From positions 1 to 6,707 of IMG/VR virus record IMGVR_UViG_2740892118_000001: 6,707 nucleotides of DNA, one strand, 5' to 3'. This document shows positions 1 to 4,762 of this stretch, one piece after another; positions within the stretch are counted from its first letter, which is position 1, and each line of letters starts with the position of its first letter. Source of the DNA: a virus (Duplodnaviria > Heunggongvirae > Uroviricota > Caudoviricetes). A model generated the notes under the pieces. That model did no database searches and was not told where the DNA came from. It worked only from the letters and a program-made list of their open reading frames with translations. The position numbers and the translations under genes were made by a program.

Positions 1-72
1 CTGAATAAAAACCGGAGATGATGCCAGTTAGCCATAATCTCTGCATTTTCTTAAACGTTGGTTTGGGAGAAG
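1..72. repeat. Left inverted repeat (IR-L) of the invertible tail-fibre cassette; truncated by the window start
   Basis: Positions 1..72 are the exact reverse complement of 1822..1893, checked base by base. Identity breaks at 73 versus 1821. The leftward extent is unknown because the window begins here. Confidence 0.9.
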
Positions 73-431
73 CGGCAAAACGGGGTGTGGGAACAGGGGA
101 AAATCAGATACCGGACATGGCTTCATTTAGTGGGGTGAGGGATTATTACGGAAAACAACTTTTGCCAGGAGGGTTGATACTTCAGTGGCTGACGATTCCA
201 TCAAGTGCAGCAGCTAAAGCTGTAACACTGAATAATGGTAATTATCAGCTGTCAGGCTATAAATGGCCCCAGTCATTTGGTGTCCTGTTTGCTGTGTTTG
301 CTACAAAAGTTTCTGGCTCGACTAACGAAGCATATGCAATCTCAGTTAATCGTCACTCTACCGATGTAATTGTCACCTGGAATGCCCGTAAGGCTGATGA
401 TGTCCACATTTTAGGAATTGGGAAATTATGA
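18..431 (+). CDS. Tail-fibre tip / receptor-binding module, alternative A (Mu Sv-like position), in the currently upstream-proximal orientation
   Basis: 137-aa ORF starting at ATGATG with GGAG 4 nt upstream. Its first 18 residues ([18 protein letters not shown]) are encoded by the repeat and are identical to the N-terminus of the minus-strand ORF 1421..1876, after which the two proteins diverge. Its stop overlaps the start of the downstream chaperone gene (ATGA at 428..431). The tail-fibre assignment rests on position and the shared N-terminus, not on a recognised domain. Confidence 0.6.
   Translation: MMPVSHNLCIFLNVGLGEAAKRGVGTGENQIPDMASFSGVRDYYGKQLLPGGLILQWLTIPSSAAAKAVTLNNGNYQLSGYKWPQSFGVLFAVFATKVSGSTNEAYAISVNRHSTDVIVTWNARKADDVHILGIGKL
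46..71. other. hix/gix/cix-like 26-bp recombination crossover site (left), 12-2-12 with central TT
   Basis: The bottom strand reads TTCTCCCAAACC-AA-CGTTTAAGAAAA, an imperfect dyad with 8 of 12 half-site pairs complementary. This matches the recalled Hin/Gin site layout (TTnTCnnAAACC half-sites around a 2-bp core). The inner edge of the site coincides, to within 1 bp, with the point where the two repeat copies diverge. Confidence 0.6.
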
Positions 432-847
432 AAATGAAATGGTCCCCATCTGTTCAGGGATTTTTCTCTGAAAATAACAGCGATATTCCCGATGATGCTT
501 TCGATATTGAAGATGCTCTTTATTATGAACTTATGAATGGTCAGAGTACGGGGAAAATTATTATCAATAACCCGGATAACTACCCTGTACTTACTGAATA
601 TCCAGCGAAGACACAGGAACAGGAAATAGCTGAAGCGGAGGGAATGAAAAGTATACTTATTGAACAGGCCAACGAATACATGAACAGTAAGCAATGGCCT
701 GGTAAAGCCGCTATTGGTCGTCTGAAAGGTGAGGAACTGGCGCAATATAATTTGTGGCTGGATTATCTGGACGCACTGGAACTGGTTGATACCTCCAGTG
801 CGCCAGATATTGAATGGCCTACGCCTCCGGCAGTTCAGGCCAGATGA
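428..847 (+). CDS. Tail-fibre assembly chaperone (Tfa / Mu U / P2 G-like)
   Basis: 139-aa ORF whose C-terminus ([24 protein letters not shown]) matches the conserved C-terminal motif of phage tail-fibre assembly proteins. It is coupled by an ATGA overlap to the preceding tip ORF. Confidence 0.8.
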   Translation: MKMKWSPSVQGFFSENNSDIPDDAFDIEDALYYELMNGQSTGKIIINNPDNYPVLTEYPAKTQEQEIAEAEGMKSILIEQANEYMNSKQWPGKAAIGRLKGEELAQYNLWLDYLDALELVDTSSAPDIEWPTPPAVQAR

Positions 848-1421
848 CATCCGGCGCGGTGCTGGTATCTGTTGCCGTCACCGAGTCAATGTAATCCAGC
901 ACAGCGTTAAGTCGGGTGTTTTCTGTCTGCGTCAGCTTCCGCCCGGCCTGTAATTTCAGCTGAATCAGACTGATGGAAGCCATTGCAGCATCAATCAGCG
1001 ACTGGCGCTGTGCTTCTGCCGCTTCTACTGCGGCGCTATGCTGTGCCTCAGTATCGGTCACCCATTTCTCACCATCCCATTTATCGTATGGCGTTAACGG
1101 TGCGAGAGTGGTTGTATTTTCGGGATAGTCGCCTGGTGCTGTGATTTCTTTGGCATCTCCCGTTTCGGTGTTGTAGACAATTTCACCGCGATGGTCTGGC
1201 ACATATTCCCATGAGTTAAAATCTGCAGAACGGCAGATTGCATAACCAGCTTTATGTGTAACTGGTGCATCTAAACAAGAACATGCCGGGATACCGACGC
1301 CAATGGCAAGATATTCATTTGAAGTAGAAATATATTCCCGAGTTTTACCATCATAGTTATAGACGGTAATATTCCCCGCCTTCGTGGCAATAAGCTCGCT
1401 ATTTAATACGGCGTTATCCAT
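819..1421 (-). CDS. Tail-fibre assembly chaperone, alternative copy (Mu U'-like)
   Basis: 200-aa ORF with C-terminus [26 protein letters not shown], the same Tfa C-terminal motif. Its start overlaps the stop of the upstream tip ORF by 1 nt (TAATG on the minus strand). Its 3' end overlaps the convergent Tfa gene across 819..847. Confidence 0.8.
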   Translation of the reverse strand: MDNAVLNSELIATKAGNITVYNYDGKTREYISTSNEYLAIGVGIPACSCLDAPVTHKAGYAICRSADFNSWEYVPDHRGEIVYNTETGDAKEITAPGDYPENTTTLAPLTPYDKWDGEKWVTDTEAQHSAAVEAAEAQRQSLIDAAMASISLIQLKLQAGRKLTQTENTRLNAVLDYIDSVTATDTSTAPDVIWPELPEA

Positions 1422-1876
1422 TATGCAGCCCTTACGATATAGTTAAATGCAATATTTCGTGGACGGGTTTCGCTCCCGCCATATGATGATGTAAATCCCG
1501 AATATGCCCGGTGTCCCGCATCCGTCGTATTAGCCCAGGAAGGACCGCTAGAAGTATAGATGACCCCATTGTAATCATGGCCGTGTGCCTCAATGCTCCC
1601 GTCCTGAGGAGACAGGAGAGTCCGTCCTGAATCAATTCCTCTTCCATCATCCCACCCACGAATGAATTCGCCGCGTAAATCTGGCAATTTATTTGTCGGA
1701 TAAACTTTTGCCAGTTCCGGATACTCTTCGGCAGAAAAAGCTGCACCGTTGCATTTCAGCCAGCCTGTTGGCGGAGTGGCTGAGGGCCACGGAACAGGCA
1801 CACCAACGGGTAATGCCGAACCTTCTCCCAAACCAACGTTTAAGAAAATGCAGAGATTATGGCTAACTGGCATCAT
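1421..1876 (-). CDS. Tail-fibre tip / receptor-binding module, alternative B (Mu Sv'-like), with a phage tail-collar-type domain
   Basis: 151-aa ORF. It contains the motif block PVPWPSATPPTGWLKCNGAAFSAEEYPELAKVYP...LPDLRGEFIRGWDDGRGIDSGR...NIAFNYIVRA, typical of the C-terminal collar domain of P2 H / Mu S-type fibres. Its N-terminal 18 aa are encoded by IR-R and are identical to those of ORF 18..431. Confidence 0.8.
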   Translation of the reverse strand: MMPVSHNLCIFLNVGLGEGSALPVGVPVPWPSATPPTGWLKCNGAAFSAEEYPELAKVYPTNKLPDLRGEFIRGWDDGRGIDSGRTLLSPQDGSIEAHGHDYNGVIYTSSGPSWANTTDAGHRAYSGFTSSYGGSETRPRNIAFNYIVRAA

Positions 1877-1893
1877 CTCCGGTTTTTATTCAG
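1822..1893. repeat. Right inverted repeat (IR-R) of the invertible tail-fibre cassette
   Basis: Exact reverse complement of 1..72. It ends 11 bp before the invertase start codon at 1904. Confidence 0.9.
1823..1848. other. hix/gix/cix-like 26-bp recombination crossover site (right), 12-2-12 with central AA
   Basis: The top strand reads TTCTCCCAAACC-AA-CGTTTAAGAAAA, the inverted copy of the site at 46..71. It lies 56 bp upstream of the invertase start codon. Confidence 0.6.
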
Positions 1894-1903
1894 GGGGATG
1901 CTC

Positions 1904-2497
1904 ATGCTTATTGGCTATGTACGCGTGTCAACAAATGACCAGAACACGGAATTGCAGCGTAATGCGCTGGAGTGCGCAGGATGTGAGCTGATTTTTGAGG
2001 ACAAAATCAGCGGCACGAAGTCCGACAGGCCGGGGCTGAAAAAACTGCTCAGAACATTATCGGAAGGTGACACTCTGGTTGTCTGGAAGCTGGACAGGCT
2101 GGGGCGTAGTATGCGGCATCTGGTCATTCTGGTTGAGGAACTGCGCGAACGCGGCGTTAATTTTCGCAGCCTGACGGATGCTATTGATACCAGCACGCCG
2201 ATGGGGCGTTTTTTCTTTCATGTGATGGGTGCCCTGGCTGAAATGGAGCGAGAACTCATTGTCGAGCGGACACGCGCCGGACTGGAAGCGGCCAGAGCCA
2301 AAGGTCGTATTGGTGGCAGACGACCGAAACTCACCGCGAGTGAGTGGGAGCAGGCCGGGCGTTTGCTGGCTGCAGGGGAGTCACGTCAACGCGTGGCACT
2401 GATTTTTGATATTGGTCTGTCCACGCTCTATAAAAAATTTCCCTCATCAGCGACAAAGAATAAATTGTGTCATCCCTTAGCCAACCGGGACAAATAG
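1904..2497 (+). CDS. Serine DNA invertase, Gin/Pin/Hin/Cin family
   Basis: The protein begins MLIGYVRVSTNDQNTELQRNAL, which carries the catalytic-serine motif of the resolvase/invertase family. It continues with GDTLVVWKLDRLGRS and MGRFFFHVMGALAEMEREL, and ends with a C-terminal helix-turn-helix region (RQRVALIFDIGLSTLYKK). A GGGGGA Shine-Dalgarno lies 5 nt upstream. I prefer the ATG at 1904 to the track start at 1859 because the recalled Gin N-terminus is MLIGYVRVS and because 1859..1893 lies inside the repeat. Confidence 0.93.
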   Translation: MLIGYVRVSTNDQNTELQRNALECAGCELIFEDKISGTKSDRPGLKKLLRTLSEGDTLVVWKLDRLGRSMRHLVILVEELRERGVNFRSLTDAIDTSTPMGRFFFHVMGALAEMERELIVERTRAGLEAARAKGRIGGRRPKLTASEWEQAGRLLAAGESRQRVALIFDIGLSTLYKKFPSSATKNKLCHPLANRDK

Positions 2498-2556
2498 CCT
2501 GACATCTCCGGCACAACTGAAAATATCACTCACCCATTAACCACGGAGTTAAACGG

Positions 2557-3747
2557 ATGAGTGACTATCATCACGGCGTGCAGGTGCTGGAGATTAACGA
2601 CGGCACCCGCGTCATTTCCACCGTATCCACGGCCATTGTCGGCATGGTCTGCACGGCCAGCGATGCAGATGCGGAAACCTTCCCCCTCAATAAACCGGTG
2701 CTGATTACCAATGTGCAGAGCGCAATTGCAAAGGCCGGTAAAAAAGGCACGCTGGCGGCGTCGTTACAGGCCATCGCTGACCAGTCAAAACCGGTCACCG
2801 TTGTTGTGCGCGTGGAAGACGGCACCGGCGACGACGAAGAAACGAAACTTGCGCAGACCGTTTCCAATATCATCGGCACCACCGACGAAAACGGTCAGTA
2901 CACCGGACTGAAAGCCCTGCTGGCGGCGGAGTCGGTAACCGGTGTTAAACCGCGTATTCTCGGCGTGCCGGGACTGGATACCAAAGAGGTGGCTGTTGCA
3001 CTGGCATCAGTCTGTCAGAAGCTGCGCGCTTTCGGGTATATCAGCGCATGGGGCTGTAAAACCATTTCCGAGGTGAAAGCCTACCGCCAGAATTTCAGCC
3101 AGCGTGAGCTGATGGTCATCTGGCCGGATTTCCTCGCATGGGATACGGTCACCAGTACCACCGCCACCGCGTATGCCACCGCCCGTGCACTGGGGCTGCG
3201 TGCCAAAATCGACCAGGAGCAGGGCTGGCATAAAACGCTGTCCAATGTCGGGGTGAACGGTGTTACCGGCATCAGCGCGTCCGTATTCTGGGATTTGCAG
3301 GAGTCCGGCACCGATGCTGACCTGCTTAACGAGTCAGGCGTCACAACGCTGATTCGCCGTGACGGTTTCCGCTTCTGGGGTAACCGTACCTGCTCTGATG
3401 ACCCGCTGTTCCTCTTTGAAAACTACACCCGCACCGCGCAGGTGCTGGCCGACACGATGGCTGAGGCGCACATGTGGGCGGTGGACAAGCCCATCACCGC
3501 AACGCTGATTCGCGACATCGTTGACGGCATCAATGCCAAATTCCGTGAGCTGAAAACAAACGGCTATATCGTGGATGCGACCTGCTGGTTCAGCGAAGAA
3601 TCCAACGATGCGGAAACCCTTAAGGCCGGAAAACTGTATATCGACTACGACTATACCCCGGTGCCTCCTCTTGAAAACCTGACCCTGCGCCAGCGTATTA
3701 CCGATAAATACCTGGCAAATCTGGTCACCTCGGTTAACAGCAATTAA
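2557..3747 (+). CDS. FI: Contractile tail sheath protein (P2 gpFI-like)
   Basis: 396-aa ORF beginning MSDYHHGVQVLEINDGTRVISTVST, with GGAG 9 nt upstream. Its size, sequence and position immediately before a tube gene match P2 FI. Confidence 0.93.
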   Translation: MSDYHHGVQVLEINDGTRVISTVSTAIVGMVCTASDADAETFPLNKPVLITNVQSAIAKAGKKGTLAASLQAIADQSKPVTVVVRVEDGTGDDEETKLAQTVSNIIGTTDENGQYTGLKALLAAESVTGVKPRILGVPGLDTKEVAVALASVCQKLRAFGYISAWGCKTISEVKAYRQNFSQRELMVIWPDFLAWDTVTSTTATAYATARALGLRAKIDQEQGWHKTLSNVGVNGVTGISASVFWDLQESGTDADLLNESGVTTLIRRDGFRFWGNRTCSDDPLFLFENYTRTAQVLADTMAEAHMWAVDKPITATLIRDIVDGINAKFRELKTNGYIVDATCWFSEESNDAETLKAGKLYIDYDYTPVPPLENLTLRQRITDKYLANLVTSVNSN

Positions 3748-3759
3748 GGAGCCTGACCG

Positions 3760-4278
3760 ATGGCAATGCCGCGCAAACTCAAGTTAATGAACGTCTTTCT
3801 GAACGGCTACAGCTATCAGGGCGTCGCGAAGTCCGTCACGCTACCAAAACTGACCCGTAAGCTCGAAAACTATCGCGGTGCGGGGATGAACGGCAGCGCA
3901 CCGGTAGACCTCGGCCTTGATGACGATGCGCTGTCAATGGAGTGGTCGCTCGGTGGCTTCCCGGATTCGGTTATCTGGGAGCTTTACGCCGCAACCGGTG
4001 TGGATGCCGTGCCGATTCGTTTTGCAGGCTCTTACCAGCGCGACGATACCGGCGAAACGGTGGCCGTCGAAGTGGTCATGCGTGGACGTCAGAAAGAAAT
4101 CGACACCGGCGAGGGTAAACAGGGAGAAGACACCGAGTCGAAAATCTCCGTGGTCTGCACCTATTTCCGGCTGACGATGGACGGTAAGGAGCTGGTCGAA
4201 ATCGACACCATCAACATGATTGAGAAGGTGAACGGCGCCGACCGGCTGGAGCAACACCGCCGAAATATCGGCCTGTGA
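3760..4278 (+). CDS. FII: Tail tube protein (P2 gpFII-like)
   Basis: 172-aa ORF beginning MAMPRKLKLMNVFLNGYSYQGVAKSVTLPKL, with AGGAG 9 nt upstream. It starts 12 nt after the FI stop. Confidence 0.93.
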   Translation: MAMPRKLKLMNVFLNGYSYQGVAKSVTLPKLTRKLENYRGAGMNGSAPVDLGLDDDALSMEWSLGGFPDSVIWELYAATGVDAVPIRFAGSYQRDDTGETVAVEVVMRGRQKEIDTGEGKQGEDTESKISVVCTYFRLTMDGKELVEIDTINMIEKVNGADRLEQHRRNIGL

Positions 4279-4285
4279 TTTTCAT

Positions 4286-4306
4286 CCGGTCAGCCAGGCT
4301 GACCGG
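4286..4306. other. Perfect 21-bp palindrome between FII and E; candidate attenuator hairpin or protein-binding site
   Basis: CCGGTCAGCC-A-GGCTGACCGG has 10-bp arms that are exactly complementary. It starts 8 nt after the FII stop. No T-tract follows on either strand, so it is not a canonical intrinsic terminator. Confidence 0.4.
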
Positions 4307-4334
4307 TTAACCCTGATTCAGAAGTGAGAAAACC

Positions 4335-4610
4335 ATGAACAAAGAAAATGTGATTACCCTGGACAATCCGGTCAAACGTGGTGAGCAGGTCATCGAACAG
4401 GTCACGCTGATGAAACCCAGTGCGGGGACGCTGCGCGGTGTCAGTCTGGCTGCGGTCGCGAACTCCGAAGTCGATGCACTGATTAAGGTGCTGCCGCGCA
4501 TGACTGCACCGATGCTGACCGAGCAGGAAGTCGCCGCACTGGAACTGCCTGACCTTGTGGCGCTGGCCGGTAAGGTGGTCGGTTTTTTGTCGCCGAACTC
4601 GGTACAGTAA
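4335..4610 (+). CDS. E: Tail assembly chaperone (P2 gpE-like), unshifted product
   Basis: 91-aa ORF (MNKENVITLDNPVKRGEQVIEQVTL...) placed between the tube and tape-measure genes. It ends shortly after a TTTTTTG slippery run. Confidence 0.9.
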   Translation: MNKENVITLDNPVKRGEQVIEQVTLMKPSAGTLRGVSLAAVANSEVDALIKVLPRMTAPMLTEQEVAALELPDLVALAGKVVGFLSPNSVQ

Positions 4611-4762
4611 CGTTTCCGAAAAATCTCTCGGTCGATGACCTGATGGCGGATGTGGCAGTGATATTTCACTGGCCGCCATCAGAACTGTATCCCATGAGCC
4701 TGACCGAACTCATCACATGGCGCGAAAAGGCGCTCCGGCGAAGCGGAAACACGAATGAGTAA
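4335..4762 (+). CDS. E': gpE+E' fusion made by a -1 programmed ribosomal frameshift
   Basis: After a -1 slip at T_TTT_TTG (4583..4589) the shifted frame stays open for 58 codons (VAELGTVTFPKNLSVDDLMADVAVIFHWPPSELYPMSLTELITWREKALRRSGNTNE) and stops at TAA 4760..4762, 8 nt inside the T gene. This is the conserved arrangement of tail chaperone pairs (P2 E/E', lambda G/GT). Confidence 0.75.
4583..4589 (+). other. Slippery heptamer T_TTT_TTG for the E/E' -1 frameshift
   Basis: In the E frame it reads GGT TTT TTG. The heptamer lies 19 nt upstream of the E stop codon. Confidence 0.7.

Larger units (their letters stand above)
46..1848. other. Invertible DNA segment (G/C/P-segment-like host-range switch), about 1.8 kb between crossover sites
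   Basis: The layout is tip ORF then Tfa on the + strand, facing Tfa' then tip' ORF on the - strand, between inverted crossover sites and next to a serine invertase gene. This is the established architecture of the Mu G, P1 C and e14 P segments. Confidence 0.8.

Noticed and set aside
353-850. 165-aa minus-strand ORF
   Set aside because: It is entirely antisense to the tip ORF and Tfa genes, which carry recognisable tail-fibre assembly motifs. It has no start context and its sequence is low-complexity (RRRR, many F/I).
729-953. 74-aa plus-strand ORF
   Set aside because: It is an out-of-frame overlap of the Tfa 3' end and is antisense to the Tfa' 3' end, with Arg/Cys-rich composition typical of spurious frames.
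1432-1746. 104-aa minus-strand ORF
   Set aside because: It is an alternative frame wholly inside the collar-domain tip ORF 1421..1876, which has clear conserved motifs.
1859-1903. Upstream extension of the invertase ORF (track start at 1859, [15 protein letters not shown]...)
   Set aside because: The extension lies inside the inverted repeat. The recalled family N-terminus (MLIGYVRVS) begins at 1904, where there is also a good GGGGGA Shine-Dalgarno.
1749-1991. 80-aa plus-strand ORF spanning the right repeat and the invertase start
   Set aside because: It is antisense to the tip ORF and out of frame with the invertase, so it is most likely an artefact of the repeat region.
2466-2492. Possible P2 late-promoter activator site (TGT-N12-ACA) upstream of FI
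   Set aside because: No perfect TGT-N12-ACA exists; the nearest dyad has about 19-bp spacing. It is kept only as a low-confidence note in the findings, not as a feature.
1915-2516. Minus-strand ORFs 1915..2196 and 2331..2516
   Set aside because: Both are antisense to the strongly supported invertase gene and are Arg/Ser-rich.
2571-3344. ORFs 2571..2882 (-), 2711..2911 (+), 3007..3231 (-) and 3081..3344 (-) inside FI
   Set aside because: All overlap the tail sheath gene in other frames or on the other strand. GC-rich genes commonly give such open antisense frames.
3917-4257. ORFs 3917..4174 (+) and 3934..4257 (-) inside FII
   Set aside because: They are out-of-frame or antisense overlaps of the tail tube gene.
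4286-4306. Calling the palindrome a rho-independent terminator
   Set aside because: There is no T-rich tract downstream on either strand, so it is reported only as a palindrome or candidate attenuator.
4290-4679. Minus-strand ORFs of 129 and 120 aa antisense to E/E'
   Set aside because: The E/E' frameshift pair on the plus strand fully explains this region, and the antisense ORFs have no start context.
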